Below are positions 18,701 through 29,746 of a DNA stretch of 64,000 nucleotides, piece after piece. The stretch is from positions 62,001-126,000 of IMG/VR virus record IMGVR_UViG_3300027770_000027; one strand, given 5' to 3'. Position 1 is the first letter of the stretch, and each line of letters begins with the position of its first letter. Under the pieces are notes generated by a model. The model was not told where the DNA came from, made no database searches, and was given only the letters and a program-made list of their open reading frames with translations. Made by a program: the position numbers and the translations under genes.

Positions 18701-19066
18701 GTAGCATTATGTAAAAGTGTTCGAATAAATTCTAATTGTTCTGGAGTCAGATCTTCTAGAGTCAAATCTGCTGTATACTCAATAAGTACGAGGCTTGTTT
18801 GTTTTAATTTGTATTGTACTTTCATATTATAAATTGTTAGCTACATTCTTGACATGCTCTATAACATTAGACTTCATGCAAGTTAGTTTACTAATAACTT
18901 CAACAAAATTAATTTCAATATCATCAATACTATTTAAAATGTCTTCTTTTGTTACTGTACCATCTGCAATCATTCGATTAAAATCATTCTGCACCCAACC
19001 TTTCAAGTCGTCAACTTTGAGTGCTAGATTTTTGATGTCGTTAAATAGTTCTTTTTGAGTTTTCAT
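15740..19066 (-). other. run of 12 small AT-rich hypothetical CDSs (15740-15949, 16005-16238, 16235-16489, 16486-16878, 16880-17218, 17224-17487, 17477-17743, 17740-18057, 18134-18409, 18411-18608, 18610-18825, 18827-19066)
   Basis: Abutting or overlapping start and stop codons; no recognisable function. Confidence 0.75.
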
Positions 19067-19107
19067 TTATACGCTAGATTGGATAAAATTAAGTTATACG
19101 GTAGATC

Positions 19108-19138
19108 GAATATTACTCTGTTTCCTGTGGAATGTCAA
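19108..19138 (-). promoter_or_regulatory. sigma70-type promoter TTGACA-TTCC..N17-TAATAT
   Basis: Near-identical copy at about 20589-20617 (TTGACA-N17-TAGTAT-N6-ATG). Confidence 0.75.
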
Positions 19139-19505
19139 GCTTCGTTTCAAAAATGTTTCCTACTACGTTAAAAAACTGATCATATTCAATTAGATCTTGA
19201 AATGTTTCAAATGCTTTATCTATTACAACTCCAAAAGAACCAAACTCTTTAAAATATTGAACTTCACCAACAAATTGCATACCATCATCTCGATAAGCAA
19301 ACTCTAACAAGTCACCTTCATAGATCTCTTTGCCATTCTTATCAACAAGCCCTGTGAATTGCTGAAAGACTGCATCCTTATAACCACCTCGTTCCCAATT
19401 ACCCAAGTAAACATGCAGTTCTCCTTCTTTAGGATATTCTAACATATCAAACTCACCATGACCTCCCCAATGCTTAACATAAACTCTATATTTTGGTGTT
19501 CTCAT
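19113..19505 (-). CDS. YopX family protein
   Basis: QFTGLVDKNGKEIYEGD...VVGNIFE. Confidence 0.9.
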   Translation of the reverse strand: MRTPKYRVYVKHWGGHGEFDMLEYPKEGELHVYLGNWERGGYKDAVFQQFTGLVDKNGKEIYEGDLLEFAYRDDGMQFVGEVQYFKEFGSFGVVIDKAFETFQDLIEYDQFFNVVGNIFETKLDIPQETE

Positions 19506-19536
19506 TTTTTATTCAGCGTATACTTGGATGCTCATG

Positions 19537-22391
19537 TTAACATAGAATAGTTTCGTATTCTACATACGTTTTTTTAGTTACTTCTAATAGTTTGTATATA
19601 TTGTCTGTATACTTTTCAGACATACGATGGTAAGCTATTTTAGCTTCATCGCAAAATTCATACTCTGCTAATTTCTCCCAACGGTCTGGTGCTGTTTTTA
19701 GAGCCCATCTCAATTCAAAAGTAATTTCTGGTTCCATATTAGTCCTCTCTATCATATTTCGCCATTTCCAACATGTAAACGGAATTTTCTAGTTCTTTGA
19801 TTCTTTCCGCATTATCTCTAGTCGTATCTTCTAGTTCTTTAAGTCTGTTGAAGATTTCTATATATTTTGATACCCTTAGTCTTATTGTTTCTTCCATACT
19901 AATCTTTGATCCATTCTACAGGCACATCGACCCATTTAACTTCCTGTTTGGTAATGACATAATTCCCAAAAGTGCTAATTGTTACTTGTTGTTGGAGAAT
20001 TAACTCCTGACTACCTTTCTCTTTTTGTCTCCACCGAATCTGTCCTGTATAGGAAGTTTGAGTGTATACATTATCTTCTACCTTATTGTTAGAACTATTC
20101 ATATCTGTTGGGGTTTGCAAATAAGCTTTGACGCCGCTCTTGTAGTTTATCCATAAACTTCTTAAAGGTTTCTTCTACAAAGTAATCTGTAGCCTCTTTA
20201 GGGTTATCCTTACCATGATGCATTACTATTTTCAACAATTCCATATTATGTCCAAAGAGAGCATATGTATCAAACAAAGTACCTCCCTTAATCTTCAACA
20301 ACTGTTTAGAGTCTTGTTCTAATACATAATAGACATCAAAGTCATATCCTGTAGGTTCTGTTCTAATGGTGTAGCTCATATTATTATTCGGTTTACTCGC
20401 GATCTCCAATGTATTCAGCATTCAATTTAATTTCATTTCTTGCTAGAGTATCAAGCAAACCTAATGCTAGATCTTTGATTGCTTTTTCACCATTACCACC
20501 AGCTTGTTCTATTGCTTCTTTCAAAGCAAGATAATTATTATGGTATAGCAGATCTCTTTTTGATTCAAAAACGTAACTCATGATACAATACTATTCTGTT
20601 TCCTCTGGAATGTCAACAAAATTGTTGATGCTGCAAACTTCTTCTCCATTTTCGTCAGTTTGTTGTTCATTTTTTTAATTTGTGATCAAAAGCTTTTAAT
20701 ATAAGACTGATATCGGTATCATACAACTTCATCAAATCTGAACACTTATCGCAAGCTTCTAAATTTACTCTATCTCTGATATCTTTTAAAGAAGTGTATT
20801 CATACTTTTCAATAGATTGCTGCTCTTCGGTTGTTAATTCTTTAACGTAATCAAAGAAACTCAAAGAGAATTTATGTTCTGGAAATTCTTTTAATACTAC
20901 TCCACACCAACTAGATGCTAATTCTAATTTGGAGATTGTGTATTCTTTGCCAACCTCTAGAAGCTCATTAGCATCTTTGACAATGTTAACAAACCAGAAC
21001 ATTGTTGTTCCTTTGAAGGTTACTTTACTATTAATTTTGGGCCACTGTTTCATAAAATTATAAAGACCAAGTATCTTCGCCTTGTTCGTTTTGTCCAACT
21101 ATCTCTACTTCAATTCCTAAGTGCTTGAGCACAGCCATCCATCCATTATCTTCACAAGGGCTACGATGTACAAGCTCTCCGTCCACATACCATTCTGTAC
21201 CCCATTCACTACAGCATCCATCACCACATTCATAAGAGTAATCTTTTTGTACAATTTTACGTTTCATGTCCTGTGAACAAATGCTCCTCTCCAAAGATAT
21301 CTTCCACATTGTTCAAAGGTCATATACAAAACCATATCTCGAGTTTTGCATTGTACATTAAGAAGAAATATTTTCATCTCATGCAAACTATCGAAAGTTT
21401 GAGTTTCTGCTTCTACAGCTTTGTTTTTAAACAACCCAACCGGGCCAATCATAAACCCCTTTGCTGCGTTAATGATTTCATCATCAAAAAGGATTGTTGT
21501 CTCTACGGGATAAGGCCAAAAACTTTTATCCTTGTCAGCATCAAAGACTTCTTTATGTTCATCATAAACTTTCTGAATTTGAATTTTATGGTTGTCCATA
21601 GCCTTAAACCACTCTTCCTTAGTGATGTCATTGGCACAGATAGGATTAGTAGCATTACCCTCTTCTACTTCCTTTTCAATCTTAGTCATCTCAATGCTTA
21701 CTAGGTTTGAAATATCAGATTCATCCCCCTCTAATTCTTCTGGAGCATACGCAGGTCGAGGAGTTCCAGAAAGACTCTTATAATATCCAGTAAGTCCTAA
21801 AGCTTGTCTGGCTAACATTTGTAGATAGTTACAAGAACTTATAAATTCTTTTTCATGTTCTACATTTTGAGGCTGTGTATAAACCTTTTCCAAGGCTTCT
21901 GCTAATTGTTTGTTTTGGTTATCTATCTTATTGATAACATCCAAGATTTGTTCTTTTTTATTCCTTTGTGTTGTATTCATAAACTATAATTTCACTGATT
22001 TCTTTTTTAAGAGTTTCTCTTTGTTTACCGGTGTTTTCTAAACTAATTTCTATTTGCAATGCTTTGTTTTTATCTTCTAATTTGCCCACTTTATAGATAT
22101 GTTCAAGATGTTTTAAATATTTGTATACCTGATCTAGATAATGAAGTTCATCTGTCTTTGCGATGATGAGAGACGTTTTGATACGTTTTTTTGTTTCTGC
22201 ATCCATGGTTAAGGAAGCTCGTCTCCGTGAATGTCTACGGCTTCTTCCGGATTAACTAGATCTTTAATCTCGGCTTGCAGGCGTTTAATCTCATCATTAA
22301 ACGCACTGACTACTTGCTTCTTACGTTTTTTAGTCTCTTCCAATTCTGTGCAGAGTTGGAACACTTTAGCTGCATTATTAGTTTCACTCAT
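19537..22391 (-). other. run of small hypothetical CDSs (19537-19755, 19899-20120, 20095-20379, 20393-20581, 20667-21098, 21058-21267, 21264-21980, 21958-22206, 22209-22391)
   Basis: ORF track, packed on one strand; 21058-21267 has a CGDGCC motif. Confidence 0.7.
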
Positions 22392-22527
22392 GTTTAAATT
22401 ATAAATTAAAATAAGAAAAATACTAGTAATATTTGCTCATAAGTAGAATTATGCGCTCTTTCTTTATTGTTATTTTAATACTGTTAATGATTGGTTTGTG
22501 TATTCATTGGGAACACCATTTGTAACT

Positions 22528-22767
22528 TTATTTTTTATGGGTCTTTAGACCAACGTAAGTTCCAAAGAAAGATCCTATACATGCTGGTATTAAAGTCCAA
22601 TGATTGGTGGTATAATTAATAACAGCTACACTTGCCATGACACTAATTAAAAAAGACCAAGTAGAAGCTTTCCATGGTTTGTTGTCTTCTACGGCTTTTA
22701 TGTAATGAGCATAAAAGACATTGGTAAAAAATACAGATAAAAATGTTAAAAGACCTTCTAATATCAT
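22528..22767 (-). CDS. small multi-TM membrane protein
   Basis: Three hydrophobic segments, G.F.GTYVG. Confidence 0.75.
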   Translation of the reverse strand: MILEGLLTFLSVFFTNVFYAHYIKAVEDNKPWKASTWSFLISVMASVAVINYTTNHWTLIPACIGSFFGTYVGLKTHKK

Positions 22768-24851
22768 TGTTTGATCTGATAATAATCAGCAAAGGAAACT
22801 GATTCACTCGTAGGAGCATCATCCAAAACTGCTCGAGTAAGAACGGTTTGTTTAGTTACCTTACCTGTCTGCTTGTTGGCATACTCTTTATGGTTCTTAA
22901 CCAAGGCTCGAGTGATGATAAGTTTTTGACCCTTCTCTACTTCCATAGAGCCATTGGCAAAGTATACATATACATTGCCTTTATCATCTAACATATTGAC
23001 CATGGTAGTAGAACCACCAGTGTCATAATAACCGTAACCCTGTCTTTCAAAGCCCCTGGAACCTGTAACGGTTACTTGAATAGGGCCGTTGTAAGGAAAG
23101 CCGTCCAATCCTTCTACACCCATCTTTTTAAGCTTACGCTTATCATTATAAGACAATTCTCCGATAGGCCCTCCAACAGAACCTACATACTCACTTACCT
23201 GCTCTCCTCTTTCTTTAGAGAGCTTATCCTGATCCTGAGCATCAATGGCTTTGTTATAAGCCGGAAGAATGGAAATCAAATAACCAAGATACTTCTCTGG
23301 AATAGCTCCACTAGATGCTGCACCATTAAGAATGGTTTGAAGATTCTTAAAGTACTCCGTCATATTGGAAGGTCTTTCCAACTGTTTAGCAATATACTCT
23401 TTACCCCATTCAATGACCTTATCAGCCTCATCATTGTACTTCTCTTTATTATTTCTGTAATCATCCAGAGCATTCAACTCTGCCATAGCACCACCACCAG
23501 CTTTAGCTGGACCACCTGCCTTAGCAATGATATCTTCCAATTCACCTGTAATGCCTTTAACAATCTTAGCACTGGTGGGTTCACTGTAATTACCATTTTC
23601 ATTATCTGCATTGGCCTTGGATCTGCTAACGTAACCCAGCTTACGAACATAGGCTAAGGCTACTCCCAAGGTTTCTTTAATGCGGAAGCTATCGTATTTA
23701 GATCTCCCACCTCCACCACCACCTTCACTATCATAATCTCCTTCACCACCCTTCTCTTCCCATTCCCTAAGGCCTTCTGCAATCTTGGAAAGATAATCTG
23801 CAAAGTCCAACATCTTCTTAACACCTTGTTCTCCGCCGGGCAGATAGTCTTTCAGACATTGGCGACCGATGCGCTTGAGTTTGCTCTGCTCGTCTTGCAC
23901 CACAAAGGTAGATGTCCTCTTGCGAGTAGTGTTACAGTGATCACAGAAGCTTGGCTGAGAATTGCCGTAGAGTCTGTGGAGGTCTTCTTCGTGTCCGCTA
24001 TTAGGAACACTGACGATCAGGTTACCGATGTCTGTATGATCTACACGACCGATAAACTTCCATCCACCTGGCAATTGAAGCTGCGGCACTCTGATACGGA
24101 ACTTAACCTTTTTAAGCATCACTCCTCGGCGAGAGTTAACCTTACTTGGGTCATATCTCTTCTCTACCATCTCCTCACCAGTTCTCTCAACGGTGATCAA
24201 AGGAATGCCCTTCTTAGTGGCTCTTTTATTAAGAGCATCTACCTGCTCTACAACCTTATCATACAACTCTTCAACCATAGAAAATTCTTGGTCGAGGATG
24301 TCTGTTACTTCTTTGGTTTCTCCGCCACCAGCTGCAGGAACTTCTTCTGCTTTCTTTTCTGGTTGTGGTTCTGGTTGTACCTGGGTCACAACCTCTGCAG
24401 AGGACTGTGCAGCTTGCGTAGCAATTTGAACAGCTTTAGCGGGAGTTTCTTCTGCGGCCTTAGCAGCTACTGCAACGGTCTGTGCTACGGCTTGTTTAGA
24501 AGAATTTGGCTGAGATTTCAAGGTGTCTAGTAATTGTTTGACTGCTCTCTTAGAAATGACTTCTGAGGTAGTAGGACTCATAGAACCCGCTCGGAAAGCT
24601 TTAATCAATTCAGCTGCCAAGTCTTTGTCTTCAATCTCTGCTAGATTAGGATCCTTGGAAATCTCTAGGACCGCATTCTTAATCAAGGTCTGCAACTGTT
24701 CTGAGCTATACTTCTTTCCGTATTTGTTCTGGAAAACACTACTAGTGTCATTGAACTCTGGATGAGCATAGGAAGGCCAGTTAGAAAGATCAGACACTTT
24801 AACTTGAGCCATTTCGTCTAGAAGATTTTGTACAAAAGAATTGAACTGCAT
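22764..24851 (-). CDS. large late protein with Zn-ribbon (CDHC...GRQC) and C-terminal OB-like domain; start revised to MQFNSF
   Basis: ATAAATAAATA upstream of 24851; Ala/Gln/Pro linker. Confidence 0.8.
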   Translation of the reverse strand: MQFNSFVQNLLDEMAQVKVSDLSNWPSYAHPEFNDTSSVFQNKYGKKYSSEQLQTLIKNAVLEISKDPNLAEIEDKDLAAELIKAFRAGSMSPTTSEVISKRAVKQLLDTLKSQPNSSKQAVAQTVAVAAKAAEETPAKAVQIATQAAQSSAEVVTQVQPEPQPEKKAEEVPAAGGGETKEVTDILDQEFSMVEELYDKVVEQVDALNKRATKKGIPLITVERTGEEMVEKRYDPSKVNSRRGVMLKKVKFRIRVPQLQLPGGWKFIGRVDHTDIGNLIVSVPNSGHEEDLHRLYGNSQPSFCDHCNTTRKRTSTFVVQDEQSKLKRIGRQCLKDYLPGGEQGVKKMLDFADYLSKIAEGLREWEEKGGEGDYDSEGGGGGGRSKYDSFRIKETLGVALAYVRKLGYVSRSKANADNENGNYSEPTSAKIVKGITGELEDIIAKAGGPAKAGGGAMAELNALDDYRNNKEKYNDEADKVIEWGKEYIAKQLERPSNMTEYFKNLQTILNGAASSGAIPEKYLGYLISILPAYNKAIDAQDQDKLSKERGEQVSEYVGSVGGPIGELSYNDKRKLKKMGVEGLDGFPYNGPIQVTVTGSRGFERQGYGYYDTGGSTTMVNMLDDKGNVYVYFANGSMEVEKGQKLIITRALVKNHKEYANKQTGKVTKQTVLTRAVLDDAPTSESVSFADYYQIKQ

Positions 24852-24862
24852 ACTATATTTAT

Positions 24863-25078
24863 TTATCGAGTTAACTCTTTTTCGTCTTCGCAAAAGATAG
24901 ACTCCCATTCTTCAGCAGTGATACCAGACTTAATAAACTCTCTCTCACTTGGACTTAAGTTAGGAAATGCTACTTGGAGAAGAGCTCCATCCTCATATGC
25001 TTCTAACTGCTCTCGAGTGACATCAAGGTTTAGGATTCTTGGAATATGGCTGAGTTGGGATACACGTGCGATTAACAT
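24863..25078 (-). CDS. conserved phage hypothetical protein (Q.AFPNLS..EREFI.SGI...EW)
   Basis: Motif; TTCCCC promoter. Confidence 0.8.
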   Translation of the reverse strand: MLIARVSQLSHIPRILNLDVTREQLEAYEDGALLQVAFPNLSPSEREFIKSGITAEEWESIFCEDEKELTR

Positions 25079-25116
25079 AATTCAATACTAAGTCTAAGTA
25101 TGGGGAATCTCAACCT

Positions 25117-25764
25117 TTAAGATTTCGTGTTACGAGCGCTCTTCTTAGCGGCCGGTGCTAGGACCATGTCTTCTCGGAGATCGCCTGTTTTAAGCGCGGT
25201 TTTGCGCGATTTCTTTAGTAGAACTGGAGGCTCCAAGAGAGCGGCACGCTGCACAAACTCTCTCACCTCTTCATCTTGGATTGCCTTCCCTTCATGCACT
25301 ATAGAGACCACTTCGCGATAGATCTTCACGGCATGTCGCTCAAAGAATCGATCTGCTTCTTCCTTACCCAAAGCATCATACCAACACTGAGCCTGGGGAA
25401 ATTGAGGAGCGGCGTGAAAGATGCATCCATTATGGAAATTACCAATCCAACACAGAAGAAAGATACCACCCTTAATATCTTTGTCCTTACACATAAATTC
25501 AAAGAACACAGCTCTTTCCTCTGGAGCCTTGCCTACATAGCGATTAAGCTTTGTAATATATTCTCCATCTAGGAATACAATAGACCTGCCCTTAGATGTA
25601 ACGTATTTCTTTAGAACTGAAACGTTATCATCATTCATATAAGCCTTACGAATAGTGGGCCAAGCTACTTTATTCTTGCGCATAGCAAAGAACGGAGAAG
25701 AGGCATTACCCTGACGGTTCATTGAAACCTTCTTATTCTTACGAGGATCTTTAGTGCTTATCAT
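25117..25764 (-). CDS. hypothetical basic protein
   Basis: Own TTGCGG-TTCCCC promoter. Confidence 0.8.
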   Translation of the reverse strand: MISTKDPRKNKKVSMNRQGNASSPFFAMRKNKVAWPTIRKAYMNDDNVSVLKKYVTSKGRSIVFLDGEYITKLNRYVGKAPEERAVFFEFMCKDKDIKGGIFLLCWIGNFHNGCIFHAAPQFPQAQCWYDALGKEEADRFFERHAVKIYREVVSIVHEGKAIQDEEVREFVQRAALLEPPVLLKKSRKTALKTGDLREDMVLAPAAKKSARNTKS

Positions 25765-25802
25765 ATTTATATCTTAAAGGAAGACTGGGGGAACCGCAAG
25801 AC

Positions 25803-26255
25803 TTACCAAGATGCTTGATAGGTAATCCACCATTTCTTAGCGTCTGGACTCTTTAGAATCTTATCTAGCTTCTCTACGGTCCTCTGAAGATCCCGTTCAT
25901 AGTACTCATCATACTCATAAGAGCCAAAAAAGAAACCTTTCTGAGAAGGTAAAAGAGTAGGAGCCAAACTAATATCTTCTAGAACCTTAGCACACACATC
26001 ACGAAGCTTTGTTAGGTGATCCAAAGACACATAAGACTTCTGGCATTCGTCTTTACCTTCCTGAATATTTGTTACAAACCAATTGTGGATAGCATTAGCT
26101 TTACGCCAATAAGCAATCTCAAAACTAACATTCTTAGGCCTAAATTCTCCTAGACCTAAAGGAGCATTCTCTTTAATAGCCTCCTGCAAAGGCTTATCTT
26201 TTTCATCATAATCCGTTACGTATAGTTCGGCCTCTAGGTACATGTCTAATCCCAT
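25803..26255 (-). CDS. conserved phage protein (MGLDMYL...YWRKANAIHNWF)
   Basis: Motif recognition. Confidence 0.85.
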   Translation of the reverse strand: MGLDMYLEAELYVTDYDEKDKPLQEAIKENAPLGLGEFRPKNVSFEIAYWRKANAIHNWFVTNIQEGKDECQKSYVSLDHLTKLRDVCAKVLEDISLAPTLLPSQKGFFFGSYEYDEYYERDLQRTVEKLDKILKSPDAKKWWITYQASW

Positions 26256-26269
26256 ATATTTTCTTTCTA

Positions 26270-26548
26270 TTATTCTACTGTAAAGGTTTTAATTACTTCT
26301 GTTTTAACTGTTACTTGTCGTTCAACTACTTGATATTCCAAACAAAAAGGTTCATGTATACCAGCATCTTTAGATTCTTTTATTCTCACCAAGATGTCTC
26401 GAACATCTTTACAAGCCTCCACATAGGACTTATAGATTCCGCGAGCAGTGGGTCCAAAACATTTCCATGTTTCTGGATCCTTCTTATCACGATACTGAAG
26501 CTCGTAGTAGCTCTCAAATTCTGGTCTACCTGGTTTCGTCTCAATCAT
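26270..26548 (-). CDS. small paralogous-family protein (start revised to MIETK)
   Basis: TTCCCC promoter; YELQYRD...W...EA...YQVVERQV. Confidence 0.75.
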   Translation of the reverse strand: MIETKPGRPEFESYYELQYRDKKDPETWKCFGPTARGIYKSYVEACKDVRDILVRIKESKDAGIHEPFCLEYQVVERQVTVKTEVIKTFTVE

Positions 26549-26659
26549 GTAATAATCATAGATGATGATATGGGGAAGCTCCCGTCTTTTGTTGAAAGTG
26601 GGGTTAAATGAAGGTCTACAAATAGTATATGCAGACTTTTTAACCAAATAATATATGGA

Positions 26660-26905
26660 CTAAGATGTTAGTACATATTCTGTTTGTTCCTGCATGACAA
26701 CTCTATACAAACTTAAAGGTTCTGTTTTGAGTTTTTCTCTCCAAGCATTTAATGCCTCCTGGCCATCTGTATACATTCTTACAGATGACCATTCGAGGTC
26801 TTTATTAAAGAACTCTAGAAAAAATAATTTTGAATCACTGATACAAGTAGAAAGATATCTACCAGATTCTATTAATTCATTATAAGTGGCAGAGCTGTTT
26901 ATCAT
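26660..26905 (-). CDS. small paralogous-family protein
   Basis: FLEF...W...Y....EA...YRVV. Confidence 0.7.
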   Translation of the reverse strand: MINSSATYNELIESGRYLSTCISDSKLFFLEFFNKDLEWSSVRMYTDGQEALNAWREKLKTEPLSLYRVVMQEQTEYVLTS

Positions 26906-26933
26906 ATCACTACTTATCTAGATTTGACCGTTA

Positions 26934-27224
26934 TTACAGTTTCTGTAGAGGACTAATTTGCTGTGTACTAAGACTATTAATATCTTTAGTGGTTAATGTT
27001 GGAAAAGAATTATTACCATAACAAAAATTAGGAATATTCAAATTTTCAAGACTTCGGAGAGCAACTTTGGTTTCATTTAAAACCTTGAAAGAAGCTACTT
27101 CTGCTTCTAATGTGGAAGTTCTGTTCTTATAGAAAGAAAGGGCTTCTGTCAAAGCTTTATTAAGTTCTGTGAGAACAGTAACTTCTGTGCGAGGAAACAA
27201 ATGGGATGGGTATGGATTGTACAT
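26934..27224 (-). CDS. hypothetical protein
   Basis: ORF track. Confidence 0.6.
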   Translation of the reverse strand: MYNPYPSHLFPRTEVTVLTELNKALTEALSFYKNRTSTLEAEVASFKVLNETKVALRSLENLNIPNFCYGNNSFPTLTTKDINSLSTQQISPLQKL

Positions 27225-27238
27225 ATTTATATTATATT

Positions 27239-27562
27239 TTATTTGGTTTTTAATTCAACTACATTGTCTACTTTAGAATTCTCTTTAACTAAATTTTGTA
27301 TTTGGCGTTTTCTCCATCCTGAACCTTCTTTAGTGCTATTACTATCAAGAAATTGATAGAAACCAACACCTTGAGGACAATCTTCTGCATGAAAGATTGG
27401 TCCTGCTGCATCATCTAATTGAACCCAGAGCTTATCATAATCAATGTGATAAACTGTTCGTAGAATAGTTTGTCCAGATCCTGGATAATTCAAATCTGGC
27501 CAATTGACTTTGGAGTTTTTGCTGGTGACCTGATGGCTAATTACTAATATAACGTCTTTCAT
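27239..27562 (-). CDS. hypothetical protein
   Basis: ORF track. Confidence 0.7.
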   Translation of the reverse strand: MKDVILVISHQVTSKNSKVNWPDLNYPGSGQTILRTVYHIDYDKLWVQLDDAAGPIFHAEDCPQGVGFYQFLDSNSTKEGSGWRKRQIQNLVKENSKVDNVVELKTK

Positions 27563-27566
27563 AAAA

Positions 27567-27863
27567 TTATTCTTCTACAGCTGCTAGATTACCTTCTTCA
27601 TCTCTTTCAGGTCCATAAGCGGTTTCAATTGGTTTACTACATTCAACACAATCAAAGACCCCTTCCCAAAGAACATCTACACGGACATTCCAAGGACCTA
27701 CATTCATTCGGGTGTCATTAACAATGACCTTGAAATCTCTTCGCACACATTCAGAACAAAGAACTCCGTCATGTACCAGGAAAGCTTTTGGATAAGCACC
27801 GGGCCATGTGTAAGGCTGACGGAGAGCTTCTTTGATATTTTCGACTCTTTTATTTTTCATCAT
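27567..27863 (-). CDS. Zn-binding hypothetical protein (YTWPGAYP, CxxC x2)
   Basis: Motifs; own promoter. Confidence 0.8.
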   Translation of the reverse strand: MMKNKRVENIKEALRQPYTWPGAYPKAFLVHDGVLCSECVRRDFKVIVNDTRMNVGPWNVRVDVLWEGVFDCVECSKPIETAYGPERDEEGNLAAVEE

Positions 27864-27899
27864 GTCTAATATTACCCTGTGATGTGGGGAAGCTCCCGG

Positions 27900-28253
27900 T
27901 TAATGTGAATCTGGAAACCGATGCTCGCAAAAGGAGCAGCGTAGTGTAGTACTACCTTCCTCTACTGGAGACAAAGCTCCGGCTTGACAATCTGGACAAT
28001 GTCTTGTTTCTTGAATACTAGAATCATATTCCGTTGCTGAATGAGACATTTGAGTATAAGAACGTCCATCACCTACCACCGGACATATTGCTATATTATA
28101 TTCTCGACGAGGAGTTGGGGAGACATTAGTCAATACTACCTGAGCTGGTTTTTCAATAAAAGAAACTTCTGGTTCCGAAGGTTTATTACCAAAGTCTGTA
28201 AACCCTAAGCCCGCTACCAAACTAGTCACTACTACAAATATTTCTCTTTTCAT
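27900..28253 (-). CDS. exported or anchored protein with C-terminal Zn ribbon
   Basis: N-terminal hydrophobic segment; CPDC...CSFC. Confidence 0.7.
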   Translation of the reverse strand: MKREIFVVVTSLVAGLGFTDFGNKPSEPEVSFIEKPAQVVLTNVSPTPRREYNIAICPVVGDGRSYTQMSHSATEYDSSIQETRHCPDCQAGALSPVEEGSTTLRCSFCEHRFPDSH

Positions 28254-28283
28254 ATGATTATTCTATCTTGTTATTTCTTTATA

Positions 28284-29195
28284 TTAAGCTGCGAACCAAA
28301 CAGTATCTGCTGCGCGACCTTGTTTAACAAGGAATCCAGCATTAACTAAATCTTTCATTACTTTCTGAACTTTCGATACGTCTCCACACACCTTAGCTGC
28401 ATTAGCTGCATTAATGGATCCGTTCTTCTGGACATATTCAAGGACATCATCAGAAGCTTTCTTAGCTTTCGAAACCTTAGGCTTCTTTTCATCACTATCT
28501 ACTTCAACGGATTCAAATACGAAACCGGTTTCAGACATTGGAAAAGAGGTAAATCCAGCCATTCCAAAACGATTCTTCGTAACTTCAATCTCACGGATAG
28601 CATAATCTTCTTCTGATTTACGAATCATAATATTCGCATCAACCGAATGAGGAAGAAGGGTAGAACCTTTATACTTTCCTTGCTTGGTAATATGCAGAAC
28701 AACTCCAACAACCACTTCTAATTCTTTCGCTTTCGTGGTAATAAAATTTGTAAGATATTCTTCAAGAGCTTTACCAGAAAGATCTTCATCACGCGAACGC
28801 ATAGAAGGAAGAGAATCAAGAATAACCATTCCGAAACCATTCTCTTTAACCGATTCAAAGATATCTTCGATACAGGTCATATTAGCAATCGAAACCATCT
28901 TTAGCTGTAAACGCTTAGCTGCAAACGCAAGCTGGTAGATAGATTCTTCTCCAGAGATATAAGCGGTACGCTTACCAGCTCTTTCAAGCAATTCGAGAAC
29001 CTGCAGAAGCAAGGTTGTCTTACCAGCTCCAGGCTCTCCCGCGAGGGTAAAGGTAGATCCAGGAACAAACCCATCCCCACCCAAGGCGACATCAAGATCC
29101 GCGACACCGGTCTTAAAACGACGATTGAAGACATCAGGAATCACAACTTCACTGACGCGTTGGAACTTCGTAGCTGCTTTAATTACTTTCATCAT
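28284..29195 (-). CDS. radA: RadA/Sms-like RecA-fold ATPase lacking the Zn finger and Lon domain
   Basis: GEPGAGKTT, YISGEES, ILDS, KNRFG signature. Confidence 0.85.
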   Translation of the reverse strand: MMKVIKAATKFQRVSEVVIPDVFNRRFKTGVADLDVALGGDGFVPGSTFTLAGEPGAGKTTLLLQVLELLERAGKRTAYISGEESIYQLAFAAKRLQLKMVSIANMTCIEDIFESVKENGFGMVILDSLPSMRSRDEDLSGKALEEYLTNFITTKAKELEVVVGVVLHITKQGKYKGSTLLPHSVDANIMIRKSEEDYAIREIEVTKNRFGMAGFTSFPMSETGFVFESVEVDSDEKKPKVSKAKKASDDVLEYVQKNGSINAANAAKVCGDVSKVQKVMKDLVNAGFLVKQGRAADTVWFAA

Positions 29196-29233
29196 GTATA
29201 TATCTTAAGGGTTTATGTGGGGAACTGCAAGGT

Positions 29234-29320
29234 CTATCGAAGGTTCAACTCGAGGATCTCATTCAGTACAGCGGTGGCCTTGTTGCGGAGAACTGCGAGT
29301 GTCTTCTTTGCTTCCTTCAT
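29234..29320 (-). CDS. 28-aa microprotein
   Basis: Own TTCCCC promoter; not in the track. Confidence 0.6.
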   Translation of the reverse strand: MKEAKKTLAVLRNKATAVLNEILELNLR

Positions 29321-29360
29321 CGTGTAATAATCTTAATAAAAGATGTGGGGAAGAGCCCGC

Positions 29361-29564
29361 TTATGATGTGAGGAAGCGCTCCTCGAACGCCGCCATCTCC
29401 TCATAGACAGACTGCTCTGCGACGATCTCCGAAGCCCAATCATCTGCACATTGCTGAGCATTGTCTCGAGAGAAGAATCCTCCCTCCACGAGACGATCGT
29501 TAATGAACACACCCCAATTCTTAGAACCTTGTTCTGTTTGTTTCTTGACGGTGATGTTAGTCAT
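29361..29564 (-). CDS. hypothetical protein
   Basis: ORF track. Confidence 0.75.
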   Translation of the reverse strand: MTNITVKKQTEQGSKNWGVFINDRLVEGGFFSRDNAQQCADDWASEIVAEQSVYEEMAAFEERFLTS

Positions 29565-29574
29565 ATTTAAAATC

Positions 29575-29706
29575 TTAAAGGTTCTCTACTTTAAATTTAC
29601 TCTTGCGTTGATATGTCTTGCGGTTCATGTAAACCACCTTGATCTGTCGATTACCAAACTGGGCTGTCTTTGCATATACCTTGTCTCCAACTTTGAGTGT
29701 TTTCAT
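29575..29706 (-). CDS. 43-aa basic microprotein
   Basis: Promoter nearly identical to that at 2991-3025; not in the track. Confidence 0.65.
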   Translation of the reverse strand: MKTLKVGDKVYAKTAQFGNRQIKVVYMNRKTYQRKSKFKVENL

Positions 29707-29746
29707 CTTGTAATAATCTTAGCTGAGGTTGTGGGGAAGCTCCCGA

